A stretch of DNA of 63,299 nucleotides, filler included, from Choristocarpus tenellus KU-1152 (Eukaryota > Protista > Phaeophyceae): the NCBI GenBank assembly GCA_964200185.2. It is 12 parts of 12 records of this genome, joined end to end, with 100 filler letters (N's around TTAATTAATTAA, not from the genome) between each part and the next. Parts side by side here need not be neighbours in the genome. Positions count along the whole stretch, not along the records: positions 10,827 to 17,784 come from CAXNAD020006970.1; positions 17,885 to 23,823 come from CAXNAD020009362.1; 10 more parts are not named here. The stretch is one strand, 5' to 3'. Positions 12,081-23,923 of the stretch are shown here, one piece after another. The number at the start of each line of letters is the position of its first letter. Position 1 is the stretch's first letter. A program made the translations under genes and the position numbers. The notes beneath the pieces were generated by a model. It searched no databases. It had not been told where the DNA came from and was given only the letters and a program-made list of their open reading frames with translations.

Positions 12081-13846
12081 TGCAAGGATGGATGGGTGCT
12101 AAGTTCAAGAGTAGGTAGTTTAGTCTTTTAGGCGTACATTCCATTCTACACGTGAACCTGTGGTGGTGACATCAAGCACCGATCATCGTCCTGAAGTCCC
12201 TTGTTGGTTTATGGCATGGCCACAAGAACAGTAGTGCGGTAGATGATGTCTTGGCCTGTCCAATTCCGCTTCAAAAGTCCCCCACTTTGCGGAGAAGCTA
12301 TCACGATTATCATGTTTGATGTGGATAGGACGAGTGTTGGTCAACAAAGCGAGTTACATTTAGGCACCCTTGTTCCATGAATATCGTTTGGGAAATGGTA
12401 AATTAGGAGCACGTTTGATAGGACTAGGCGCAGCCAGCATATTTGTTACGATATATATTTAGGGCGAGCAATGAAGGAGCGGGGCAGGAAATGAGACAAT
12501 TTCATGCTCAAGTGCCTCGAAGTATGGGAGTAGTGGTATAGCTTTGGTTTGGGGCGCATTGCCACTGACAATGCCATAGAGCAGCTAGCTCACGTTGAGG
12601 CAAATGTTATCACCACCTCTCCTGGACACAGTCAGAGGTAGTGTTAACCGTGTGACCTGCTACTGGAGGTCAACACCCCGCATTGACCTTGTTTGCTCTT
12701 TGATCTGCTTGTTCCCTCGGTTGTTCTTTTTGTGCTATGCTTGTACTTCTGGGATAGCTATGTTGCCAAAGCTCTTCAGTGTTGTAAAGTACTATTCTGT
12801 CTGGACTAGCCAGAATGAATATTTTAGCGATCCACCTGCTTCTGGTTGATGATGTGCATTGAACGGCGCTCATGCCACAACTAGCTTAATACTTCCTTTA
12901 TTCGAAATATAATGTATCACGACTTTTGCAGCCCAGACGAAGAAGCAACTTTATTTTCACATGTTCATATTTTAATGGTGCATTGTGCAGACACTAAAAT
13001 GTTGCCCACCAAAATCTCAAGCAAATTGGGGCAGCCTACCCCTATCTATGATTCCCTACCTGAGGCCCTCCAAACTCCTTTCCAGCAAGGCAATTCACTA
13101 CATCACGAGAGCATTCAGAGGAGGCTTTCCTGCCTACTCAGCCTTTTCCGCGCAAAGATGTAGAATTTCGAAGACCTTGTCACCCTGGGCCCGAGCCCTT
13201 CACTGTAGACTGTGAAGAGGCTCTACCAGACGTGCTGTAGTGTATCTCAGGGGTACACATTGAACACCTCCATTGTGGCTCCACCAGCTCCTCTTTGTTG
13301 GTCACCCCCAAGTTTTCCTTGGCTCAAAGTATCTGCCGGCGTCCGTTTTTTATCTGTTTTCGATTTTCGCTTTTTCGTGCGATTCGGTAGCACGTGTCGG
13401 ATTTGAAATGTCAGCAAAAAAAAGAAGACTGTTGGTTAGGTTCATTTCTGTCCTTGTGTACGCAAAAGGAATGGAAATATATGCCACCATTTAATTGTGT
13501 TTGGTGTGGAGATTTAACGTTTGCATATGTCGGATGTCGAGTCTGTTCGAACAGGTTTATTGGTTTATGTATATTGGTCGTGCAGTTACAATGGAGAATA
13601 AGAGACATGGGTTATGCTGTTCCAGGGCTGCATATTGGTTTATTTGGTTGCATGTGTGGGATTTGGTTAGCACATGAAGGGGGCTGTCGGTTAGGGTGTG
13701 TTTTCCCATTGTTGGATAAGGAATTGAAAGAAAGAATATGGGCTGTTGCGAGGTTGTTTTTTTCGTTTATTTGCTTGCATGAGTCATGTCGAAACTGACA
13801 CAAAGAGGGCTGTCAATTTGGGCCTGATCTCCGGCGTGTGCACGAG

Positions 13847-14104
13847 GAGCCAAAGTATGTTAGAGGGTAGAGTGGTGTCCATTTGGGGGTAAAAATCAAA
13901 TGTTGTGATTTTGATGTAATTTTGGCTATCGTGTTTGTTAGAAAGTGTCAATAGCCTTGTTCCAGACACACATTTTCATAATGTGTACATTTTATATACT
14001 CCTAAACATTTTGGGGTAGGAAAATGTCATGAAAAAAACGTGCGAAGCCAAGCACTAAAGGGACAGACAGGGCCAAGCTCATACCCTCTAAGATACTTCC
14101 TCTC
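13847..14104. mobile_element. MITE family A
   Basis: Family A TIRs and interior; no TSD recognisable. Confidence 0.88.
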
Positions 14105-14871
14105 TATATCACGTACAGTTTAAACGTAACACTTCATTTGTTTGTGTGCTTGTCCTGGATTTAGTATATAATAAGACCCGCTTGTCGCTGATGATGCTAG
14201 GGTTGAAGTTGTTGGTATGAAGTACGGGAAAAGGTGTGTACGGAATATGGACGTGTATACGAGTGGTTATTGGTCAAGGTCTATTATTGTACGTTTCTCT
14301 GAAAGTAGTTCAAGGTACACTTCCAGAGGTCCTGGGTTGGTGCTGTGCTTAGGAGCATCGTGCATCAACTCAGGTATATAATCCTCCAAGATTCGAAAGA
14401 GAACGAGATCGAATCTAATATGTCAACGGTTGGACAAAGCAAGAGGTGGTGCATAGAGTATTGAGAAGAAAGGGGGAGGTGCGCTATAGTATACAAGGAA
14501 TAAATCGCGGCTCACCGAAGGACAGGGTATTCATCGCAGCCCCTGGCGAATTGTCTTGAAAGGTTAGCTGAGCAGATGGAGAAGAGTTGTTCGATGTATT
14601 ATATTTTAGTAGTCTAAAATTTGTAGCAGACACGCTCTTTGTAACAAATAATAACACAGGTCTAATCCTCAATGTGAGTATGATATATGATACGCTGACG
14701 ACTCTGTCTGGTAGCAATGTACATTGAAACCACTATCCAATTGCATGACTCATCTAATGGAAAGTGCTTGCACATGGTAGTCTGACACTAAGAAAAGGTA
14801 CACTAATGTATAAATCACCACGACCTGCAACTCCACCTGTACTCCAACAAAAAAATGAAACGATGGAAGCC

Positions 14872-15819
14872 CTATGTCGATTCGTGGGCGGACTCGAAAT
14901 TGCATTCGTCCCCCTTCTCCCACCAGTCTGTGAGCTTAGGGTATGCCTCGACAAGGAGGTGCCAGAGATTTAAACGTGTGGAGTACCTGGCGTTCCAAGG
15001 TTCGGGCTTCACGAGGCTCAAGAAGATAGCCTTCCTCGTCTGGAGCGCTTCCACATGCTCGGGAGGTGACGTGTTGCCTGGCTTCCCTCCACAATTGCCG
15101 AGTTTAACCTGTGTGGGCTTGTGGACGTAGCATTCATCCCTGAAAACAAGAGGAGCCGCCCCTTTACTGGCTTTGATGAGCCTGAACCCATAGTCATATA
15201 TGACTTGGGTGAGGGTTTGAGTCTGCACTCGATACTGTGAAGAAGCAGGTTTCGTTGCCGATCGTAGGAGCTTGGTAACGCACGCCTCCATGGAGGCTTC
15301 GGTGATCCCCACATTGGATGCATCGTCGGAGTCGGTCGCGTCCTGTGTGACGCGACCCTCATCACCACGCGATGATCTTGCATCGTCATCATAGTACCTC
15401 GAGGCAGATGAACACGGATTTACCGCGTATCTCCCCTTTTTGGCAGAAGCGAAGACGTTGTCGAAGAAGCCAGGTTCTAATGCGCTGCCATGAGGACCAC
15501 AAGGCTGTTTGAAGGGTCTCTTCTATCCAGCACCTTCTCTAACCCTCTTCTTCCTAAGCAGCGCCCTTTTCCCCTTCCCTCTGCCCTTTTTGGAAGGGTT
15601 GTCCCACGTAGTTGGAGTAGGAACGGCATCGGCGCGGTTCTCACTCCGCCTCACACTATGGTTGAAGGTGTTCCCTCCCTCTTGTGTCTCGTAGCCGCCG
15701 CTGCCCACCGACCGGGCGTTCGGAGACATACATGTGTCACTCCTCACAGGCGTGGACTCCGAATCCTTGTCGAGCCGCCTCCTCACATCCTCCTGCACAA
15801 GTCCCTCTGGACCTGACAA
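14872..15819 (-). pseudogene. Interrupted ORF of unknown identity (about 300 codons)
   Basis: ORFs 15523-15819 and 14872-15312 are in the same frame and join through one internal stop; GC-rich, coding-like composition. Confidence 0.35.
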
Positions 15820-16015
15820 AGCACCACATCAATTACAATCAGAACACCTTAGTACAGAACAGTCGCTCTGCATTCTACACGAATAGTATAGTATAGTGTA
15901 CGTCACTTGAGTTGAATCACATATTACTTCAATTTGTTTTGCTCACGAATTCTGGTTTATTATTATTATTTTCTCATTCCTAATTTGCCATTCCTCTATT
16001 CTCTATTCCCCATTT

Positions 16016-16281
16016 GATGGCCAACCATTGCGACTGCCCTTCGTAAATGATTGTCAGCCATCCCACATTTGATGACCAACCAGTGCGAATGCCCTTCGTC
16101 ACTGATTGCCAGCCATCCCCATTTGATGACCAACCAGTACAAATGCCCTTCGTCACTGATTGCCAGCCATCACATTCGATGACCAACCAGTGCGAATGCC
16201 CTTCGTCAATGATTGCCAGCCATCCCCCACATTCGATTACCAAACAGTGTGAATGCCCTTTGTCACTGCTTGCCAGCAATC
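16016..16281 (-). repeat. Array of five 47-nt hairpin units (53-57-bp period) in the YR element 3' region
   Basis: Units start at 16016, 16071, 16125, 16178 and 16235. Sense consensus GATGGCTGGC-AAT-CAGTG-A-CGAA-GGGCA-TTCG-CACTG-GTTGGTCATC. Confidence 0.88.
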
Positions 16282-16499
16282 CTTCAACCCACACAAGTTA
16301 CCATTCCCCTCAACCCCACAGCAGTTCTCACACCACTCAACACCACTCCACAATCATCCAAGAACACCCCTTCATGATCCACTTCAAACCGTGCCTTTGA
16401 GCTGGAAGACATCTACCCTGCCGTAACTTGACCTCCCCTCCCCTTTCGGGGTTGATTTCTTCTATCTCATCTCCGTTACCTCCTGACCTGGTTGTGCTC

Positions 16500-17560
16500 A
16501 ATCCTTCCTACTCTCTGCTAAGTCCTTTGACACTGATACTGGGTCCTTCTGGTTTGCCCTTACATATACCATAAAAGCCCTCGACTTCCATCTTCCTTCC
16601 AGCTGTATTACTAATTCTGATATCCCCATGCTTGCCAATCTCGTGGCTCCCCCTATCCTACCCGAATGCAAGGCATACTATTCTGGTCTTAACCTCAGTT
16701 CTTTGGTTATCCTCCTCAAAACACATGTTGCTTGGCCCCTCGTAATCACTCTCCATCCCCCTTCCTGCCTACATGTCATCAGAGGGGCATCCGGGCGGAG
16801 TTCTGGGAAACATCCCATAATAGCCATACCTACCTCCCATCCTCCCATACTTTCTTCTCCCCCTTCCTCCCCTACCTTACATCTTGTCAACACTGCTCCT
16901 TTTCTACCCTGGTCCCCTTTTGACTCTGTGAATGTTACCTCTACTTTTTCTGCCTGGTGTCTCTCTTCCCAACTTAATCTTTTAACTCCCCTCCTCCATA
17001 CCACGTCCCTCCTTCTTACTGCGAAATCCCCATGAACTCCTCCCTCTTCGTCATATGCCCACAATTCTGAGGCTCTACCTAGAAAGAAGAACGAGAAACC
17101 CAGACCTAGCCTTGTCAATTTACCTTCACTACATAACATTTCAGTGCATTGCTTTGTCTCTACAATCGTTCTCCACGTTAGCGATCTCCTCTTCCTGGGC
17201 TCGCTTCCTCCTCCTTTTGTGTGACTCCTCCCTATTCCTTTGACTACGGTTTGGATCATGAAATACTGTGTAGGAAGCTGTAAGTTGAGGAAATTTTTAT
17301 GGTAGTATTGGATTGCTGCTATCTTACCCTTCACTGTGCTTACTTGATTCCCCCTACTTCACAACAGAAATACATGAACGCCGCTAGGGCCTTTTCTACC
17401 TCTATCTCTCTACTCCCAGGGTCTAACCACCTACTCAATCTCCTATATGTGCGGAACTCAGATCATTGGTACCAAGCTGCTTCATAACACTTCTGAGTAG
17501 ATGGCGCAACCGATCCTCTGGCGTACACTGCTGGAAGGCACTCAAACACACCATCTTCCT
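16500..17560 (-). pseudogene. Tyrosine recombinase of the YR retrotransposon
   Basis: FFFLGRASEL (catalytic R), SKGDQGRKG (K), YALHSGRIGGAT (HxxR), GRWKSRAFMVY (W, Y); several in-frame stops. Confidence 0.9.
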
Positions 17561-17891
17561 TTCCCGACCCAGGGGCTGCTCCTGCCAGTCAATGCGTGGG
17601 CAAATACGTTGGAGGTTAGGTTGAATCTCGTCCCTCTTCCACCTTGAAATACCATCTGCTAAGTCATTATGCTTACCCGCTATGTGTTCCGCTGCGAATG
17701 ACCATTCCCCTGTTATCTCCAACACCCCCATTATTCTCATCAAACCCCCTGCCCTCCTATCCTTTGCCCCCCCACACTTACGGANNNNNNNNNNNNNNNN
17801 NNNNNNNNNNNNNNNNNNNNNNNNNNNNTTAATTAATTAANNNNNNNNNNNNNNNNNNNNNNNNNNNNNNNNNNNNNNNNNNNNGGGTTGT

Positions 17892-18060
17892 GGGCCAAAG
17901 TAAACGAGAGGTACCCAGGATAGCATTTGTAAGAATACTGACAAAAAACCCTCCAAAGTCCAACATTTTGTACAATTGTGCATAGGAAATTTCTTAAATC
18001 TAAAAAAAAAAATCAAACAATAAAGAAATGAACCACTGTCAAGTCAATCCTAGCACTTCA
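17892..18060. mobile_element. MITE family B, partial
   Basis: Starts GGGCCAAAGTAAACGAGAG; interior resembles the reverse complement of 34917-35176. Confidence 0.6.
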
Positions 18061-19552
18061 TTCATAGTCACCAAGGGCATGGACAACTTTTAACATTTTA
18101 TCTCTTCACACTTCTACTAGTGAACTTCTCTCAAGTAAGAGCGTGTTTCAGTATGTTCTCGATCTAGATCGTCCTACAAACTCCTCTTCCAACCTCTGCT
18201 ATACAATGGGGTAACACGAAATTGCTCAAAATTTAACAAAACAACAGGTAAAATAAGAACAAAGAATATTTCTATTCATGCACAACATGGACAACGACAA
18301 AACATTATGGACACAAAGCACTCAACAGAGATATGCACCAAATCTGAAGACAGGTGAAGTAGAAATGTCTCTCAGTAATTATGTGTGAACATGTTTATCT
18401 ATATTAGCCTCCTCAGCTTGTGTGATACTATCTCAAAGTGGTGTCCAACCAAATGCAACTACATTTTTGTAATACTCCTACTCAATATGCCTCCTGCATC
18501 TACAGACTGGCACTACCATAAAAAAATACTTGACTGAAAAAACCTATCGCCATTGGTATCTCACTTAGGTTCCACCTTTTCAGTTCCTATCCAACCCCAC
18601 TCAGTCTATGTGAGATCGGTCCAATCTTTGTCAGTACGAGCACGTAAGGCAAAAAAAAGCAAGGCTTCTAACTGCCGTATGCCCTTTCAGATCTCCCCCT
18701 AATATCAAAATAGTAAGGTCGCCATACTAATGAACACATGTATAACCACAGTCTGGGCTGTTTATCCTATCCACCTCAAACAAAACTATGCATTAAAGGC
18801 AACACATCCCCCATATGTGATCCTCCTCTCGTGAGGCAAGACAATAGGGACCACGGGTGGGGGGGTTTATTGGTTATGCAAGGCCAATATCCAAACATAG
18901 ACATCCAGACATAGACCTCTTGTAAAGAGGAGTGTGCACAAAGCCAGCCCCATCTACATACAAAGAACTTGCAACGCCAACGTGGATAATAAAAACTGCA
19001 ACAGAAAACTAGAAAAAACAACACAATAGTGGAAGGGTTGGTAGAGTCTCGTGAAGAACATGTCCACAGTGAATCCCACGTAGATTGGAACACACTAAAA
19101 TCAAATTTGCATGTTCATTAGGAAACTACAGACACTGCACAAGGCCCACGGCTTCCCCTACTCACATCTTGTAACGCACAAGATAATTCCACATTTCATT
19201 GCCTCATCCCTTTGAGAGGGGTGCTCACTCACTTTTATGAGGAGTAACCCATGGCTTCTTATAATTCAGTGGGCCATCAGCACTTCACACTTTCGACAGA
19301 CTGAACTACACATACAGAGAGGCCTCGCAAGGCAAGGCCCTCCTCCACGCCCACCTGCTAAGTTAGAGGTTCAATATTGACCTCCGTAACATAACAACTC
19401 AAACCTCTGAAAAGAGTAGAGAAAGTCCACCGTCTAAAGAAATATCACGCACTCTCAGTAAAAAAAACATATTGGCGGTGACAACAAGACGTAACATGTG
19501 GCATTCCCCCTCGACTCTTCCTGCACAAAGCTTGTTTCAATAGAGGCATCAT

Positions 19553-21948
19553 TCAGCTGCCTGGGGCACCCTTGAGGTTGAGAGAGGATTTGACGCCCTT
19601 GACACAAGTGATGCAGTGCTCAGGTACTGGGTGGAACCATGTCTTTCCACCAGGTCCATGAATCTGAATACCAGCCACCTGAATAATTTGCATCATCATT
19701 TAACAAGGAGGTTGAACTAATGGGAATGCATGACTACAAACACAAGATGGCGCTGACGCTGTGTATACAGGTAAAAAAATCAACTAAAATCAATTAGACT
19801 TCCATACTACATGCGCACAAAAAAAACAGTTAAATGAGATTAATGCAACAGAAAAAAAACGGATCCATGATCGTGAAAGGATAACTCGCAACATCAATGG
19901 TTTCACCACATTCCTACCATCCCATCAACCAAACTCGGCATAATTGCAACACACTGGAATGGGTATAATATGCCACACAAAAATAGTTACTTATTTTAAA
20001 GTGCAATGAAATGTGGTGGGCTCAATGCTCACCACTGCATAGTCAGCCTGACTTGTGTCCACTGTAGCATCAATGCATGAAAATAGTTGGTCCTCAACGA
20101 TAACTTTCTCTGCCAACTTGGTCAGCTCAGCCAGGTCAGGAACTTTGTAGGATGCTTTCTTGAGCAAAGTTGACTTACGATCCACCAGTTGTGGTGCCAT
20201 TGCCTGAGAAGAAACAGAGTGCATATGATTTTGTGTAAAATATGGTCAACATACTACTACACTGTGCACCTCATACACGCCTAAAACCAACAGGGAGGTA
20301 ATTACACAGCACAAAGTAGCTGACACTTTGGTAGAAAGATGGTATGAGGGGAAAAAAATAGCCAAGATAATTGTGATTTTGGTGCCCTTCAAGCACCCTA
20401 GCTCAGAATCTCCACAGAACAAAGGTGCACACAGATTAAGAAAAACATGATGCGTATATATCGGTGATGGACCGACACTCGGTTCAGCGAAAGACTTACA
20501 ATGCAGGGAAAAAGAGGGGGGTGACAAAGGGAGAATATAGTGCCCATTTTGGCTGCAGGGAAGGTATGCGATCAAGGTGATGCCTATGGTCTGTTCCGTA
20601 TCTAAAGGCCAATGGCAAGGCAGCAGGTCAAGGAGTTCTATATTTACAGCTCGCTATTCGTTAGTATCAACAAGAGAGGTTATCATGCAAAGAGGACAAG
20701 GCGACGGCGAGGAGGAGGCAAGAACCTAAAGGGGTCGAGTGGAATTAGCATGTTCTAGACGCACCTTCTTCAACATTGACATCTCCACGTCCACCAGGTT
20801 CATCTTAAGGCTGACCTTCCCGTTCTTTAGATTGCCGTGGAAAGCGCAGAGTGCCCCACAAGCGCTGCTCGCGTTCTCAATCCCATCACGTGCAACTTTT
20901 CCAATCTGCCGAGCGAGGGAAAATGATCCAAAATGTCAAGTTTTGGAATTTTTACCTACCAACAAAAACCTAACTCGTTGGGGTAATGTCCCCTCCACAA
21001 ACTGGCATCCTCGGAGGTGGAGGAAGGCGCTCTGAGATAGTGAGGGTCTGCGCACATGTATACCTGCATCTATGTAAATGTTCGTGAATGAAGACCAACG
21101 TTTAAAACGTCAACTTTCATCTATTGTTCTCACATTTCCAACGTTGTCAATGGCGATATGTGGCGCAACGATGTACACATAGCGCTTGCGCCCTTCCACT
21201 ATTGGCGAGTGGGCATGCGCCGCCCCAAAGCCCGTGTGGCCGCAGACGATGAAACCGCCCAAACCTCCGATTCGGAACACGGGACCAAGGGAGGCGCCCA
21301 CCTTAGCGACCAAGTCGTCGCAGAGCTCATCTCGGCAGACACCCACACAGGTGATACTGTTCTCGGCTGTGAAACCTGCATCCTGCGGAATTAGGGATTC
21401 CAAGTAAAAGAGGGGAAAGCATTACGAGACTAGATTCGGTTACATGGGTAAGGCGTACGTTCCTTAGTCAAACTTCTCCAATTGCAATGATTGGACCAAA
21501 TGATCATAGGCAAAGTGTAAGACGCTGTTGAGGGGCATGGTACAGGACCCAGCCTTGTGATAAACCGTAAGCGATAGGTATCCGAGTGATGAGATGTGTC
21601 TCCTCCAGAACCCACCTTGAGACCAAATTGGACGGTTGAGACGAAATCTTCCTCAAGCGTGGAGCCTGGAAAATTTTGGTCTAGCACATTGCGGAACTCA
21701 GTAGTTTCGAGCATGGTGGGTGTTGCTAGTCCTGACACAAAGGTTGAACCTGTTGAGGATGAAATACTGAAGGTGTGATTATCAGGAGATGTGTAGAGAG
21801 TGAGTGACGCACGGGGTAAAAGGGGTCACAATATTGCAACGTTCAACGAAAAATAAGACTCCATCATACCATGTGAACACTCCGCCGCGCTGATGTCAGA
21901 AGACGCGGACACAAATATAAAAAGAAAGTTAAGGCACTGGCGGAACAT
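19553..21948 (-). CDS. LCIB: LCIB/LCIC-family (theta-type) carbonic anhydrase-like protein, about 299 aa, 6 exons: 21870-21948, 21616-21749, 21134-21382, 20765-20905, 20033-20203, 19553-19678
   Basis: GT-AG introns with compatible phases give a 900-nt open CDS. Motifs: NFPGS, GFTAENSI, CRDE, GLGG..CGHTGFGAAHAHSP, PHIAID, SACGAL, DYAVVAGIQIHG. Exon 1 is less certain. Confidence 0.9.
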
Positions 21949-23775
21949 TTTCAGCTTAAAATGATACAACCAGTGAAGTCCACTACTTGGGATTCCTTTT
22001 GACGATTGTGGTGTCTGCCCTCTGTGGAAGCTTACAGTCTGTTCAAGATTCTGGAATAGTTGATGTAGTATCCTCTTGCCGCCCCTGACTAACTATGCCA
22101 CGATTGGCTCGTTTTTTAAGATTTCAATCAACAAATTATCACCATTCAACTAATGAAAGGTATTCCATATCCTATCAGAGTGAGGGACTAGGACTCTGGG
22201 GATCATTTTGACGGTACGAGAGAAAGGTTAATCCACGCCTAACCCTGCGATGGTGGGGCGTGGTTCTGGTGATTCTCGTGTTGCTTGGCACACACTGTAA
22301 TGCATTAGAAACAAGTGGGATGGTTGAGAAAAGGGGAGTCTATCTCACTATCCACGAGGAAGAACTAGGTTAAGTAGCCAGTGGTGGAGGGCCCGCGGTC
22401 ACTACATCCCGATAATGGGTTGCAAGGAATATGAACCACGATCCTCTCATCGCACCACAACAGCAAACAGGGGATCCAGCAGAGATTCTGGTTTTCATCT
22501 CTTCTAGCTAGTCATTTTTAAACGAGCGACGATTGCCTGCAACAGATAAGCGTCGACGATAAGGGCGTGTCCGTATCTGGGAGTGAAGATGAGATGCTTC
22601 CCGACGTTTCCTTCAACCAGGCGAGGTAATTTCAGCATTGCGATATCATGTCATCCGAAAATGCGTTGCAAATGGAAGGATGCAAAACACTGCAGTCACT
22701 CGTTGGCTGGAACAGTGCCGAGGGAGAAGAGAGTTGACGATGAATTCGTCACCAGGAGCAACTGTTTTAACATGCAGGTATCAACAATAACAACAGTCAC
22801 CAACTCCTCACAAGTATAGTTTTCAAGGTTCCTTAGTGCCTGTGCGGCAGGAGTCGTTTGTGCGGTCATGCTATCAAATGTTTTTATGACACCTGCCTTG
22901 AAGAAACACACACATAAAGAGAGAGAGAGACCTGATGGTGCTGGCTATGCAGTCTTTCTCGCCTGTGAGTATCTATCCTCAATTCTCTTAGGTGGTAGGA
23001 ATACAGGATATCTCGTTGTGTGTCCAACAATTGAATGTGATACTAAGCCCCACATCTGTCAAGCTTCCTGAATATAATAAACAAATACCCAATACGATTT
23101 TGGTTCCTGCTTTGACTTGAAGATGCATACATCGTGTTACACGCCATGAGGTGGATGCTGGGTGCAGCCTGGTCAAGAGAGCTTGTCACTCATTGATGTG
23201 GTTGTTATCCCTTTGATGGAGCAGAACCATCCTCTCTTAACAAGTGTCTATTTAGACCCTTCTTTAATACTTTCAAGCTTTATAAAGATTTTTCATGACA
23301 ACTCATTCCCAGGTCTGAAATGCAGCGAACTCCCTTTTAAACACTCTGCCCGTAGAAGAGAGGATAGTCTTTAAGTTCCAACAATAAGTGCTAGATCACC
23401 ATTCAGAGTCTCTGACACTAGTTGTGTACTAGGAGGTAGTCATGCGGACCCAAATTTCAACTACACCCTTCTCTGATACATCTCAGCCACAAACAACAGA
23501 TGGTCTCGAGGTTGGTTGTTGCTGATGATGATGGGACCGTGTGCCTCCCCCCTGGGCACATGAGGGTGCTTGTTCTCTATCTGATGATTGAAGTTTCAAT
23601 TCCTTACTGACTGGGTGTAGGGAGGGATTGATACTTCAAGCACACCACCAATAACGATCAGTGTTTCACTTGACTGTGTATATGGTGCCTTGTTATGACA
23701 ACAGCCAGCCAAGTAAAGAGAGAAAAAAAAAATCTCATCTTCCCTCATGATGATGGGGATCAGTAGAAAAGTGAG

Positions 23776-23823
23776 GACCCAAAGTATCTGTGGGGGGGGG
23801 GGCGTGGCTACACCAGGGTGTCC
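23776..23823. mobile_element. MITE family C end at gap edge
   Basis: GACCCAAAGTATCTG-poly(G)-CTACACCAGGGTGTCC. Confidence 0.75.
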
Positions 23824-23923
23824 NNNNNNNNNNNNNNNNNNNNNNNNNNNNNNNNNNNNNNNNNNNNTTAATTAATTAANNNNNNNNNNNNNNNNNNNNN
23901 NNNNNNNNNNNNNNNNNNNNNNN

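Larger units (their letters stand above)
15931..17784 (-). mobile_element. DIRS/Ngaro-type YR retrotransposon, 3' part (copy 1)
   Basis: RNase H end (FAAEHIAGKHNDLADGISRW) overlaps the YR ORF; the non-coding 3' region is shared with copy 2 at 61597-63299. Confidence 0.92.

Noticed and set aside
16016-16281. CRISPR array, C/D snoRNA cluster or hammerhead/HDV ribozyme
   Set aside because: No unique spacers; TGATGA/CTGA boxes are not conserved in all units and lie on the antisense strand; no CUGANGA/GAAA core or HDV pseudoknot is visible.
22583-23176. Possible small minus-strand exons upstream of the LCIB gene
   Set aside because: Splice-like boundaries exist but give no recognisable domain or consistent model.
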